From: an uncultured Phycisphaerales bacterium
Lineage (GTDB): Bacteria > Planctomycetota > Phycisphaerae > Tepidisphaerales > Tepidisphaeraceae
DNA: 64,000 nt
Direction of reading: 5' to 3'
NCBI GenBank assembly: GCA_963844715.1
Contig: CAWJPJ010000007.1
Location: forward strand, 1,056,001-1,120,000
In this document: positions 43,739 through 54,509 of the stretch, piece by piece
How positions within the stretch are numbered: the stretch's first letter is position 1
How the letters are laid out: each line of letters starts with the position of its first letter
Position numbers and translations under genes: made by a program
Notes under the pieces: generated by a model
What the model was told of the DNA's origin: nothing
Databases searched by the model: none
Seen by the model: only the letters and a program-made list of their open reading frames with translations

Positions 43739-45727
43739 TCACTTAGCCGCGGCCGGGCCGGGAGTGGGTTCACTACCCTTCCCGTCCGGCGTGCCCGCCG
43801 GTGGAGTTTCGGTCTTCTGCGTCTTGCCTGCCGCGGTCTCGACTTTGCGTTGCTTTTCAATCGTGATGGAAAAATCCGCCGACCCGGTCATCACCAGATC
43901 CGTCGGAACGACTTTCACCGTCGAACTCACAAAAGAGGTAATGTCGCTTCGCCCCGAATCGAGCATGACTTGCCGGAAAGGGCTAGGAAGCAGCGGCATC
44001 GCCGTGCGCCCGACGGCGATCCCGTCCGCCTGGCGAACCAGCCGCATATACACCGCGTTTTCGCGAATCGCCCCAACGAATTTCAGCACCGAAAACAGTT
44101 CGTCGATGTTGTCCGCGGTAAACTCAAACGGGCTCACCGTTCGCTCGTCGTCCAGATAATGATCCGCATCCGAAACGCTCAATTCATACGTCCCATTCGG
44201 CAGATCGCGCGGCAACTTCAGGTCGATCGGAATATTCGCCTCCTGCGCATGGAATGGCTGGTACGAAATAAACCCATGAACCGTCTCCCCCGGCTCGTAT
44301 TTCGATCGCGGGATCATCACCGACAGAATCGTCGCCTGCCGCGCCTGCGACGAAACGTGAATCGTGCCGGACATTTTGCTCAGCTCCATTTCCTTGAACG
44401 GATTGTCGCTCGCCGTTGTCGTCGCCAATGTCACATCGCTCACGACAGCCGCCGGCCCCTCATTCACGCTCGTATTCACCAGATGAAGCGTTTGCCCGTC
44501 CGCGTAATCGAGCGTCAGGTCGTAATCCACGGTTTGATATTGCGGCAGATCGCGATCCCCCGTCAGCGCCACCGCCACGGCCGCCGCCGCCATCTGCGGC
44601 GTCATCTTCGGATGGACCGCCGACATAAAATGGTACGTTTTGTCGATCGATCCATCGTCATAAACCAGCCGGAGATCGATCGGGATCATCGGCGCCTTGA
44701 TCCCCACCGTGCCCCCCACGCCGACCGTTTCATCCGTCGAAAGGGTCCCCGAAGGCCGCAATAGAAATCCCAGCTTAAAACTCGTCTCCAGATTCGGCAC
44801 GATCATCGCGATCGAGCCGCTCCCCATCGGCAGATCGATTCTCCCCTCGCTCATGAACGGGTGCCCAAACCCGAAAATTCGATCGCCGATTCTTTCCGTG
44901 CACGTTCCAATCGCCGTCAGTTCCACGTCCCCCGTCAACAGCGGCACCGCCAGCACCGACCCCGGCTCCAGCGTCGGATCGACGTTCTCGCCCGACGCAT
45001 CGCCGTTCCCCGCGCCCGCTTGCGCCATCACCAATCCGTTGGCCGCGAACATCGGCTCCAGATACCGCAAGGCGCGCGGATTGATGTTCCCCACCATCAC
45101 CGGCGTCGCCAGCGGCGTCAGCCGAATCTCCCGGTCGAACCACGGCGTGGTCACCGTCTGCTCCCCGCGCCAGTCGTCTTGCGAATACGACTTCCCATGT
45201 CCCCAAGGCGGCAGAGCATCATCCAGCGACCAGTGCGGATGAAACGATTGCTCTCTCGGGTTATCCGCCGGCTCGTCCACGCCGCCCGATTGCGGCGCGT
45301 TAGCGGGAAGATCCAGCATGTATTGGATCGGCTGCACGCCCGCCAGCGGATCCTTCGACATCGGCCATCCATACGCGAACGCCCCGATCATCCGCGCCTT
45401 GCCCGTGTCGTCATAAAGATAAATCGGCGACCCGCTCATCCCCGCAATCGCCCCGGTGTGCTGGAGATAATCCCCCAGGCAGCGGATCAGCACGACGTCA
45501 TATTTCGGGTTGAAGTTGCGCACCACATCGATCGCCTCGACGTCAAATCTCTCGATTTTCGTCCCCCGAAAGACCGTCAGACCATACCCCTTCATTCCCG
45601 GGCGAACTTCCGAAACCCGCATGTATCGACTGGGATCGAATAAAGACGCCTGAGTGGCCGGATCGGCCCAAGAAACGCGGGCGGCACAGGCCACGATGAG
45701 AAGAACGGCAACGGCGAATCGACCCAT
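43739..45727 (-). CDS. Secreted SpoIVB-type peptidase S55 domain protein
   Basis: GMKGYGLTVF.G, GAIAGMSGSP (Ser motif), IGA.AY, FGHPF. Confidence 0.82.
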   Translation of the reverse strand: MGRFAVAVLLIVACAARVSWADPATQASLFDPSRYMRVSEVRPGMKGYGLTVFRGTKIERFDVEAIDVVRNFNPKYDVVLIRCLGDYLQHTGAIAGMSGSPIYLYDDTGKARMIGAFAYGWPMSKDPLAGVQPIQYMLDLPANAPQSGGVDEPADNPREQSFHPHWSLDDALPPWGHGKSYSQDDWRGEQTVTTPWFDREIRLTPLATPVMVGNINPRALRYLEPMFAANGLVMAQAGAGNGDASGENVDPTLEPGSVLAVPLLTGDVELTAIGTCTERIGDRIFGFGHPFMSEGRIDLPMGSGSIAMIVPNLETSFKLGFLLRPSGTLSTDETVGVGGTVGIKAPMIPIDLRLVYDDGSIDKTYHFMSAVHPKMTPQMAAAAVAVALTGDRDLPQYQTVDYDLTLDYADGQTLHLVNTSVNEGPAAVVSDVTLATTTASDNPFKEMELSKMSGTIHVSSQARQATILSVMIPRSKYEPGETVHGFISYQPFHAQEANIPIDLKLPRDLPNGTYELSVSDADHYLDDERTVSPFEFTADNIDELFSVLKFVGAIRENAVYMRLVRQADGIAVGRTAMPLLPSPFRQVMLDSGRSDITSFVSSTVKVVPTDLVMTGSADFSITIEKQRKVETAAGKTQKTETPPAGTPDGKGSEPTPGPAAAK

Positions 45728-45816
45728 GTCGGTTTTCCTAAAAAACGTCCGCGCGGGCAATCCTAGGGTGCCCTTTGGCGTGCCGCAAGCCAATGGCGGG
45801 ATTGTCCGGCGGCGAA

Positions 45817-45844
45817 TTGACACCCTCGCGCCGGGATTTATCGT
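45817..45844 (+). promoter_or_regulatory. Probable sigma70 promoter of rnc
   Basis: TTGACA-N16-TATCGT upstream of GTG at 45897. Confidence 0.5.
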
Positions 45845-45896
45845 CAGGCATAGTGCGACAACACCTTGGACGGTTTTTATCGCGAGTAGTTCAACT

Positions 45897-46644
45897 GTGA
45901 ATTCCGAGACGCGCCAGCGCCGCCGAAAAACTGCTCGGCCACACCTTCGCAAACCCCGATCTCCTCACCGAGTCGCTCACCCACGCCTCGGTCGCCGATA
46001 CCCGTCTCAAAAGCAACGAGCGAATGGAATTCCTCGGCGACGCCGTCCTCGACCTCATCATCTGCGACGCCCTCTATAGGAAATTTCCCGAATACCTCGA
46101 GGGCGATCTCACCAAAATCAAATCCGCCGTCGTCTCGCGGAGAACCTGCGCCGAGGTCTCCAAGGAAACCGGCCTGATCGACCTGCTCGTCATCGGCAAA
46201 GGCATCAGCAACCGCGAGGCCATGCCCAGCTCGCTGGCCGCCGCCGTCTATGAGTCGATCGTCGCCGCCATCTATCTCGACGCCGGGTTCGAGGTGGTCA
46301 AGGAATACGTCCTTCGCACCATGACCCCCAAGATCGAGTCGATCGCCTCCAACACCCATCAGCACAACTACAAGGCGGTGTTGCAGCAGCACGCGCAAAA
46401 AGTCCTCGGCGCAACCCCCATCTACGAACTTCTCGACGAAAAGGGCCCCGACCACAGCAAATGTTTCGAGGTCTGCGTCTCCGTCGACGGCCGCCGCTTC
46501 TCCAGCGCCTGGGGGCCGAACAAAAAGATGGCGGAGCAAAAAGCCGCGCTACTGGCCCTGGAAGAACTCGGGGTCTTCGACCCGAAGGATGTCGATCAGG
46601 CAATAGGCGGAATCGTCGCCGAGGCGGATAAAACGGGGGAATGA
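45897..46644 (+). CDS. rnc: Ribonuclease III (5' indel)
   Basis: NERMEFLGDAVL, YESIVAAIYLD, dsRBD with GPDH and KK.AEQ.AA. Confidence 0.93.
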
Positions 46645-46698
46645 AACGGCGGCGGCAGATTGCTCCAAGCAGCCGTCTAGTTTGCCTTTAATTTCTTT

Positions 46699-47778
46699 CT
46701 AAAACAATTCCAGCGATGGTGCCGAAAACGAAAAGTATTTTATTCCGTTTCGGAGCACCTCGGTGACACCGTTCCTGCTTTTTAGAATTTGGATCGCGTC
46801 ACGCGAGCGATATTCTGGCGTGCGCGTCAAAACGTGTTCTTTCAATTGGTCTGATGTCAGCTCTTTTCCCCGCAAGTCGCGATCCAGGTCGTTGGCCAGC
46901 ATTTCCTGCGTGTAAGCGGTCAGCATCCCTTGATTGACATCGCGGTCGGAGAATTCAAATCTGCCCGTTGGGTCAACCTTCCACATCGCCTTTTTCATCA
47001 CCTCGAGGCCCTCGATTTTATTTGTACAGAAGAAGAGCCAATAAATTAGTCGGTGGTCAGCCCCGCGCATGGCAAAATCAAACACATACTTAGCCGATGC
47101 CCTTTCACGCAGAGACCGGACATAAATCGACTTGAAGCGATCAGTGCGCTTCTGCTCTCGCAAATCCAATACCTCACGCCACTCATCGCCCCCAATTGCG
47201 CACGTAAGGGTATTGGCCTTTGTGGCGTCACCGAAATAGGGATGCATTCTTTGCCAGTTAAGATAGGAAAACGTTTCGCAACTCCGATGGGCCAAGATGC
47301 GCCGAACAAGATCCATCGAAAATCCGGAATAGCCGTACTGATCAAGAAAGAAAAAGGCGGGGCCAAGGGTTTTACCAGCGACCTCATGCTGATCTAAAAG
47401 TGCAGTAACGACCGGCTCGCATTCGTCGCAAACAGGATCCATCACGTCGATTCGCGGCGCGAAACTCACGAGTTCCCGTCGTTCGCCGCGAATAAGGGCT
47501 TGTAAATGTGCGCAACGCTGCGGATCCTTTTCAACCATTCGCACTTCAAGCCGCGCATGGCCCGAGTGCGCTTTCATCGCCGTGCGAATTGCGACAATCG
47601 GGCTGCCCGGATGCCCCTCAGTGAGCTCGCCACACCCCGCGAAACCATCAAAATAGAGCAATCGATTCGACCTCTGACCCAGAATGGGCAACCAACCCTT
47701 CAGGTACTCTTGAAGAATTGCGTGTTTCGCGCGTGTGTGTGCTGTCGCGTCGTCGAGAATATCGTCGTCCATTGGCAT
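46699..47778 (-). CDS. Three-Cys-motif partner protein (TcmP), methyltransferase-like
   Basis: [38 protein letters not shown]; partner of DUF5131. Confidence 0.82.
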   Translation of the reverse strand: MPMDDDILDDATAHTRAKHAILQEYLKGWLPILGQRSNRLLYFDGFAGCGELTEGHPGSPIVAIRTAMKAHSGHARLEVRMVEKDPQRCAHLQALIRGERRELVSFAPRIDVMDPVCDECEPVVTALLDQHEVAGKTLGPAFFFLDQYGYSGFSMDLVRRILAHRSCETFSYLNWQRMHPYFGDATKANTLTCAIGGDEWREVLDLREQKRTDRFKSIYVRSLRERASAKYVFDFAMRGADHRLIYWLFFCTNKIEGLEVMKKAMWKVDPTGRFEFSDRDVNQGMLTAYTQEMLANDLDRDLRGKELTSDQLKEHVLTRTPEYRSRDAIQILKSRNGVTEVLRNGIKYFSFSAPSLELF

Positions 47779-48568
47779 TTCGACTGTCGGCCAAATACGA
47801 CAAGGTCGGCATGTCGTCCCAGGTTCGTCCATCAAGGGTTCGACCAGTCAGTCCCTTGTTTGGCCCGCCCCATTGTTTGAAGAAGAACGGCACGCCGTAA
47901 TGGACGCACCGATCACGAATTGTTCTTACCCAGTCGGGGACCATCGGTCTTGCACCCGGTCCAGATTCGCCGCCCACGATGATCCAATCGATTCCCGATA
48001 AAGGAAGACGAGGGATTGGCCCGATCAGTGGCTCAACGGATAAGAATTTAATCTTTGCCGACGTGTCTTTAAGTTGCCGAACGCGGTCCAAGACATTTGC
48101 ATCTTCAACGCTCGTGCCCATCCAGACGTTGTCCGGCCAATTGAGTTCAGCATCTAATTCCAGAACGCGGTGCGGCCTCTTTGTGAGTACTTGGTACGTG
48201 TGCTGCGGAGAGCAACGCGCAACGTCCAAAATTCGCGTGATGAATTCAAGCGGGACGTCCTCGTGAAATAAGTCACTCATCGAGTTTACGAAAATCACGC
48301 GCGGGCTGTGCCACGACAGCGGTTCCTCCACCGAACCTTCGTCAAGAAACACCGACCCGTTCCATCTCCCAAACCGAGTTAGGACGTTTAGATACGCCGC
48401 CTTCTTTCCAGGATTCCTACCAGACTCGCGGTCCGCTGTTGCCATCGACGCCAGCCGCTTGGCCATACGCTCGGCATAGCAATGCTTACACCCCGCGCTC
48501 ACCTTTCGGCAGCCGATGACAGGATTCCATGTCGTATCCGTCCACTCGATGCTGGATTGCTGCGCCAT
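47648..48568 (-). CDS. DUF5131 (phage Gp37/Gp68-like) radical-SAM-like protein
   Basis: [56 protein letters not shown]. Confidence 0.9.
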   Translation of the reverse strand: MAQQSSIEWTDTTWNPVIGCRKVSAGCKHCYAERMAKRLASMATADRESGRNPGKKAAYLNVLTRFGRWNGSVFLDEGSVEEPLSWHSPRVIFVNSMSDLFHEDVPLEFITRILDVARCSPQHTYQVLTKRPHRVLELDAELNWPDNVWMGTSVEDANVLDRVRQLKDTSAKIKFLSVEPLIGPIPRLPLSGIDWIIVGGESGPGARPMVPDWVRTIRDRCVHYGVPFFFKQWGGPNKGLTGRTLDGRTWDDMPTLSYLADSRNANGRRYSRRRDSTHTRETRNSSRVPEGLVAHSGSEVESIALF

Positions 48569-48695
48569 GTGGTCTCCTTGAACCCTAACAAATACCTATC
48601 AGATTTGCAAGCTTATTCTTTAGGGTGCACGAAGACTATCGGCGAGAAGTATCACCGCGCATCAGTTCCTCGGCGAGCCGATGGCGGGCAAACGG

Positions 48696-49220
48696 CTACT
48701 TGCTAATCCCCAAATCCGTCGTCGTAAACAGCGCCTCAAAAACATACCCCGCCGATTCGATATTCCCCCGCGCCCCCTCTTCCCGGTCAATCACGGCAAT
48801 GATCCGATCAATCTTCGCCCCCGCATCCTTCAAAGTCTTGGCCGCTTCCAGAACCTGCCCGCCCGTCGTCAGCACGTCTTCCACAATCGCAACGGTCTCC
48901 CCCGAGTTCAAACCCCCCTCGATCAGCTTGCTGGTGCCATAATCCTTCTTTTGATTTCGGATGATGACGAACGGCTTCCCACACGCCATCGACGCCGCCG
49001 CCGCCAGCGAAACCGCCCCCAGCTCCGCCCCGGCGATCCGATCCACCTTCGCCGAGATCTTCGCCGCGAAAAGTTTCCCCAATTCGATCAACACATCAGG
49101 CTGCGTCTCAAACCTATATTTATCCAGATAGTAATTGCTCTTGCGCCCGCTACGGAGCGTGAACTCCCCGCGAAGAAGTGAAACCTCGGCAATCCGTTTA
49201 GCGAGTTCGTCGCGCGTCAT
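48696..49220 (-). CDS. pyrE: Orotate phosphoribosyltransferase
   Basis: FTLRSG.KS.YY.D, VEDVLTTGG PRPP motif. Confidence 0.92.
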   Translation of the reverse strand: MTRDELAKRIAEVSLLRGEFTLRSGRKSNYYLDKYRFETQPDVLIELGKLFAAKISAKVDRIAGAELGAVSLAAAASMACGKPFVIIRNQKKDYGTSKLIEGGLNSGETVAIVEDVLTTGGQVLEAAKTLKDAGAKIDRIIAVIDREEGARGNIESAGYVFEALFTTTDLGISK

Positions 49221-49263
49221 GGCCGGACACTATCGGCGCCGCCCGCCCGCGCGTCAAATGGAT

Positions 49264-49950
49264 TCACCACCCCGAGATCGTCGCCGCCGGCGACCGCCCG
49301 TAGATGCCGGACCCGTACGACCACACCGGCCAAAAGGTGTAACCGCCGTATCCATACCCATAACACCACGGATACCAGCCGGAGTAACCCGTAGGATGAT
49401 AATTGTACCGATTCGATTCATCCTGGAATTGATCTGGAACCGCCAAGGTCTGCGCAATATTCCCGTCAAAGTATCGCGACGGCGTCGGCAAACTCGGCCC
49501 CACCGGCTGAATCGCGGCCGCGGGAGCAGCCGAAGTCTGCACCGGCTGAATTAACCGATCCGCCTTGGACCCTAGTGCGTCCTCGATATTGAACAGATCG
49601 CGAATCGCCCCGTCCGAGCGGAAACTCCCGATGACCTTATCCCCCGCGCCGTTAGTGACTTTCCCCGAGATGCGCATCTGATCGCCAACCACTTGCACCG
49701 ACCCCGACACCACAAAATCCGCACCCGCCGTCTTGTCCGTCGTCTGCATCCCCGATTGCTGGATGTTCCCCGACAACCCTTCCTGAAGCGCCTTCCCCAC
49801 CCAACCCCGACTCGCGTCCCCCAGCACATCAAAAGGCAGCACCGCCACCGCCGGACCCCGCCGAACCGCAACAGAATCTCCGAAAGCGGCCGCCTCGGCA
49901 GCAAAAAGCAGAGCGCAAATCGATATCGCGATATAAACCCAACCCCGCAT
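49264..49950 (-). CDS. Exported protein with TolB-N/CsgG-like domain and Tyr/Gly-rich tail
   Basis: Signal peptide, VAVLPF, AD.VVSGSVQ..G.QMRI. Confidence 0.55.
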   Translation of the reverse strand: MRGWVYIAISICALLFAAEAAAFGDSVAVRRGPAVAVLPFDVLGDASRGWVGKALQEGLSGNIQQSGMQTTDKTAGADFVVSGSVQVVGDQMRISGKVTNGAGDKVIGSFRSDGAIRDLFNIEDALGSKADRLIQPVQTSAAPAAAIQPVGPSLPTPSRYFDGNIAQTLAVPDQFQDESNRYNYHPTGYSGWYPWCYGYGYGGYTFWPVWSYGSGIYGRSPAATISGW

Positions 49951-50083
49951 AAAAACCTCCGGCGATAACCCCATTATACCCCATGTTTTCCCCCTCTTAC
50001 GCCAATCCCTTCCAAAACTCGCGTCCGATTGTAAGGACGAATACATCTATACCGGCATACTATTGGTACGAAAGGAAAAACAG

Positions 50084-50956
50084 ATGTACGGGCAGTTCTA
50101 TAACAACGTCAAGACAGTCATTTTCCTCGGCCTCCTCACCGGCCTGATCCTCGTCGGCGGGGGCCTCATCGCCGGGCAGCAGGGCGTTCTCGTCGCCCTC
50201 GTGATCGCCGCCGTGATGAATGTTTCGAGCTTCTATTTCAGCGATCAGATCGCACTGGCCTCTGCTCGCGCCCAGGAAGTCGGGCCGGATCATCCCCTCT
50301 TTGGAATCGTTCAAGGGCTCGCCCGCCGCGCCGGCCTGCCGATGCCGCGCGTCTATATATCCCCCAGCAAGCCGCCAACGCCTTCGCCACCGGTCGCGGC
50401 CCCAACCACGCCGCCGTTTGCGCCACGCAAGGCCTCCTCCGACATGCTCAACGAAAACGAAATCGCCGGCGTCCTCTCCCACGAAATGGCGCACGTTCTC
50501 CATCGCGATATCCTCATCTTTTCCGTCGCCGCGACCATCGCCGGGGGGATCAGCTATCTCGGCTATCTGTTCATGTGGGGCGGCATCGGCTACGGCCAGC
50601 GCAGCCGCAACGAAGGCAACGCTCTCCTCGGCCTGCTCTTCCTCATCCTCGGTCCCGTCGCCGCGGGCCTCATTCAGGCCGCCATCAGCCGCTCCCGCGA
50701 GTTCAACGCCGACTCCGGCGGCGCGCAAATCTGCGGCAATCCCATGTGGCTCGCCACCGCACTCGAGAAAATCCATTTCGCCAATAGCCGCATCCCCATG
50801 GATGTGAACCCCGCGTTCAACAGCATGTATATCGCCGAGCCCCTGAACGCCGTCGGCTCCATCGGCGAACTCTTCCAGACCCACCCGCCCCTCGAGGCCC
50901 GTCTGATGAACCTCATCGGCCGCCCCAGCACCGGCCAATTCCGAAACGCGGCCTAA
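50084..50956 (+). CDS. htpX: M48 zinc metalloprotease HtpX
   Basis: HEMAH, SRSREFNAD, THPP; internal compensating indels. Confidence 0.9.
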   Translation: MYGQFYNNVKTVIFLGLLTGLILVGGGLIAGQQGVLVALVIAAVMNVSSFYFSDQIALASARAQEVGPDHPLFGIVQGLARRAGLPMPRVYISPSKPPTPSPPVAAPTTPPFAPRKASSDMLNENEIAGVLSHEMAHVLHRDILIFSVAATIAGGISYLGYLFMWGGIGYGQRSRNEGNALLGLLFLILGPVAAGLIQAAISRSREFNADSGGAQICGNPMWLATALEKIHFANSRIPMDVNPAFNSMYIAEPLNAVGSIGELFQTHPPLEARLMNLIGRPSTGQFRNAA

Positions 50957-51056
50957 GGCGTACTTTCGGGCCAAATTGACGCGCCTCTGGTGGAACTTTG
51001 CCCGATTGACGATAAAGTAAGCGCCAACGGATTGTCCGCTTTCAAAGGTTTCACGG

Positions 51057-52519
51057 ATGAAGCACGCCGGTATTGCCTTCGCTTTAGCTTCCCTGGTCCT
51101 CATTTTGCCCGTCGTCGCCCGCGCCGATCTCTCCGGCGAAATCGACGCCATCGTTGGCGACAAACTGCTTAGCCGCGCCGATGTCGGCATCGACATCGTC
51201 CGCCTCGGCGATGGGGGCGCCGTCCCCATCTATCAATTGAACCCCACGGCTCCCCTCGTCCCCGCCAGTAACCTCAAGGTCGTCACCACCTCCGCCGCCC
51301 TGGAAAAACTCGGCGCTGATTTCAAATTCCGCACCCTCCTGGCCCTCCACGACGGAAATCTCGTCCTCATCGGCGACGGCGACCCCACCCTCGGCGACGC
51401 TGAACTCCTCAAAAAAGTCGGCTGGGACGTCGATACCGTTTTCAAAGCCTGGGCCGCCGCGCTGGTAAAGAGACAAATCACGTCGATCAAGAATCTCCTC
51501 GTCGATGACAGCGTCTTCGATATGCAATTCCTCCATCCCAGCTGGCCCGCCGATCAGGTGCAGAAACACTACGACGCCGAGATCGCCGGCCTGAATCTCA
51601 ACGCCAACTGCATCGACTTCTACGTCCGCCCGATTTCCATCGGCCAAACCGTCGAATTCTCCACCGATCCAACCACTGAGTACGTGAACATTTCCAATAC
51701 CTGCGTCGGCGGAAATGAAAACGCCGTCTGGCTCTCGCGCAGGCCGGCACCAACGATCTCGTCCTCCGCGGTCAGGCCGGCGAGTCCAACGTCCTGCCGA
51801 TCTCCGTCACCATCCACGACCCGCCCATGTACGCCGGAACGGTTCTCGCCGAAACCTTGCGATCCGCCGGCATCTCCGTCACCGGCTCCGTCCAGCGCGA
51901 TCGCTCCCAGCGCGCCGATTTCGCGCAGCACGCGGGTGACGGATCGTGGACGCTCCTCGCCGAGCACGAAACCCAACTCTCCAGCGTGATCTCCCGAGCA
52001 AACAAAGACAGCATGAACCTCTACGCCGAGTGCCTCTGCAAGCGCCTCGGCTTCGCCGCCACCGGCCAGGGAACCTGGGAAGCCGGCACCGCACAGGTCG
52101 CCAAATTCCTCGACACCCTCGGCGTCTCCCCGCGCGAATTTCATCTCGACGACGGCTGCGGACTCTCCAAGTCCAACGCCGTCAGCGCCCATCTCATGGT
52201 CAGCGTTCTCGTCCACGATTACTTCGGACCCAACGCCAAGATGTGGATGGGTTCCCTCGCCGTCGCCGGCGAAGACGGCACCCTCGCCGACCGCTTCCGC
52301 GGCACCGACCTCCGCGGCCGCGTCATCGCCAAGAGCGGCTTCGTCAACGGCGTAAGCTGCCTCAGCGGCTATCTCCAGGCCAAGGACGGCAACTGGTACT
52401 GCTTCAGCATCCTCTTCAACGGCATCCCCGAAGGCACCAACAGCACCGCCAAAATCCTCCAGGAACGCATCGTCCGCGCCATCGACCAGCACAGCATCGC
52501 CACCGCCGACGCCCGCTAA
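51057..52519 (+). CDS. dacB: D-Ala-D-Ala carboxypeptidase/endopeptidase PBP4 (frameshifted)
   Basis: PASNLK (SxxK), GDGDP, SMN (SxN), DGCGLS, AKSG. Confidence 0.9.
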
Positions 52520-52549
52520 ACTCGCTTTCGAATCGACTTTGAGTTTTCT

Positions 52550-52577
52550 TGGACAACCCGCCCCCGCGCACTAGAAT
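52550..52577 (+). promoter_or_regulatory. Probable tRNA promoter
   Basis: TGGACA-N16-TAGAAT just upstream of the tRNA. Confidence 0.5.
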
Positions 52578-52589
52578 TATCTGTTACTG

Positions 52590-52663
52590 GTTCCCGTAGC
52601 TCAATTGGATAGAGCGTCGGCCTCCGGAGCCGAAGGTTGTAGGTTCGAGCCCCACCGGGAACA
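52590..52663 (+). tRNA. tRNA-Arg(CCG)
   Basis: GTTCCCG/CGGGAAC acceptor stem, TAGCTCAATTGGATAGAGC D arm, TCGGC-CTCCGGA-GCCGA anticodon arm, GGTTCGAG T loop; CCA not encoded. Confidence 0.95.
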
Positions 52664-52710
52664 TTTGAAATGACAAGCGGTTACGTTTTGCGGTGTTGCC
52701 GCCGACTGGC

Positions 52711-52736
52711 TTTGTCAGAGAAGTTTGTCAGAGAAG
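52711..52736 (+). repeat. Tandem TTTGTCAGAGAAG x2, putative integrase arm-type sites
   Basis: Exact 13-bp tandem about 50 bp downstream of the tRNA; same core recurs at 55558-55605. Confidence 0.7.
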
Positions 52737-52843
52737 TTGACTGAAGACCAATACGTGCGTTAGATAAAAAGACCCCGGACAGCGTCAACTGTCCGAGGCC
52801 TCGCAAACCTCTTGGGCTTGCTCGCTACTTGCCTGGAGGTTTG

Positions 52844-53566
52844 TCATGCCGCATTTTCCCAAGCCCTTCTTTCGCCCCGCGCGCGGACTTTGGTATCCCG
52901 CGCTGCCGCGTCCCGCATCAGCGTGCGGCGGTTCCGAGGCTGCTCGATGTTGTTCACCACCAGACGAACCAGAAAGCGATCCCATAGCGCCTCAAGACCT
53001 TCTCCTTCAGCAGGAAGCTCGTTCGAAGCAGCAATTAGGGCACGAAGCTTGATATTCTGCTCCTGCGAGCCATTTCGAAACTTGCGTTCGTTGATCACCG
53101 TCAGCAAGGTGTTTTGAATCGACGGGCCGGCCTTCCATATTTCATCGAGGAAAACGACTGTCGCACCCGGCAGATAGAAATCGGTTAGGCGGATGAGCTG
53201 ATCATGCTTCTTCAATGCCTTGATAGAGATGGGGCCGAAGATCTCGTCCGGCGTGCTGAACCTGTTCATGAGATACTCGAAAGCTTTGGCTCCGTCCGGA
53301 AAAGCGAATTTTAGCCGTCTGGCGATAAAGCTTTTCGCGACGCCAGGCGGCCCGAGCAGAAAGACGCTCTCTCCCGCCAGGGCCGAAAGCAGGCAAAGCC
53401 GAACTGCTTGCTCTCGCTCAAGCAATCCTTCAGAGAGGTCTTGGATCAGGCTTGCCACCAACTCGCGTCGCTGCTGCTGCGGCGGAGCGACCGCTTGTTC
53501 CGGTGGAACGTCTGTTGCATTGGCGTACTGGTCCGAAACTGAGATGGGTGCGTGTTTTTTTTTCAT
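52844..53566 (-). pseudogene. RavA-like MoxR AAA+ ATPase, C-terminally truncated
   Basis: [46 protein letters not shown]; ends shortly after the AAA core. Confidence 0.8.
52846..52897 (+). pseudogene. N-terminal stub of a tyrosine integrase
   Basis: GGAGG RBS then [17 protein letters not shown], resembling (from recall) planctomycete integrase N-termini; abruptly joined to an opposite-strand ATPase. Confidence 0.55.
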
Positions 53567-53615
53567 GGGCCGCAACCAATCCTAATCAAAACCTTGGGTG
53601 ACTTCCTATGTTTTA

Positions 53616-54509
53616 GAGCCTCTAACAAAAATGCACTTCCCCATGTTTATGGTTGATCGGACAATACGGCTTGGTCTTAGCCATGGAGGGCTTTATGACC
53701 AAGCCGTTGGTGACCGACGAGCTTTGGGAGTTGATCCGACCCCTGCTTCCCAAGCACCGCAGTGGTCCAGGAAAGCGCGGCCGGCCGCCGCTGGACGATC
53801 GCGCGGCGTTGTCGGGTATTCTGTTCGTGCTCAAAACCGGCATTCCGTGGGAATACCTTCCCCAGGAGATGGGATGCGGCAGCGGCATGAGTTGCTGGCG
53901 TCGACTCCGCGATTGGAACCATCGTGGGGTTTGGACGAAGCTGCACGGACTATTGCTGAATCGATTGCGGCGGTCGAATGCCATCGACTGGTCGCGGGCC
54001 TTGGTGGATTCTGCTTCCGTGCGGGCCGTGCACGGGGGAAAAAAACGGGTCCGAGCCCGGTAGATCGCAGGAAAAACGGTTCCAAGCACCATGTATTGAC
54101 CGATGGCAACGGCACGCCGATGGTTGCCCTCCTGACGGCGGCCAACCGCCACGACATCACGCAACTGCTGCCGCTGATCGATGCGATTCCAAAGGTCTCG
54201 GGCAAACCGGGCCGGCCGCGCTGGCGGTTCGAGGTGGTGCAGGGAGACCGGGCGTATCACTCCGAACCGCACCGAAAGGCGTTGCGTCAGCGTGGCAGCC
54301 GCCCGTTGCTGGCCCGACGCAACCGCCCGCACGGAAGTGGTCTTGGCAAAACCCGCTGGCCGGTGGAGCGTACGCTGAGTTGGTTGCATCAGAATCGCCG
54401 ACTGCGAGTCCGTTACGAAAAACGGCCCGACATCCACGCCGCGTTCATGACCGTGGGTGAGGCAATGATCTGTTGGAACAGGCTTCATTCGCATTTTTGT
54501 TAGAGGCTC
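53616..54509 (+). mobile_element. IS5-family insertion sequence, 894 bp
   Basis: Perfect 19-bp TIR GAGCCTCTAACAAAAATGC; TTA direct repeats at 53613-53615 and 54510-54512. Confidence 0.93.
53695..54503 (+). CDS. IS5-family transposase, OrfA/OrfB joined by probable -1 frameshift
   Basis: W.LI.PLLP, GRP..DDR, TGIPW..LP; A7 run at 54039-54045; GSKHH, GDRAY, RWPVERT..W. Confidence 0.88.

Noticed and set aside
45775..45795. sigma54 promoter upstream of the S55 gene or rnc
   Set aside because: GG-N10-GC spacing is present but the TTGC element is poor on both strands
47648..47778. Functional 130-nt overlap or fusion between DUF5131 and TcmP
   Set aside because: DUF5131 similarity ends at GRTWDDMP; the tail cannot be distinguished from an indel-lost stop in this error-prone sequence
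46699..48568. Prophage, suggested by the Gp37/Gp68 family name
   Set aside because: No integrase, structural or replication genes and no att repeats around the pair
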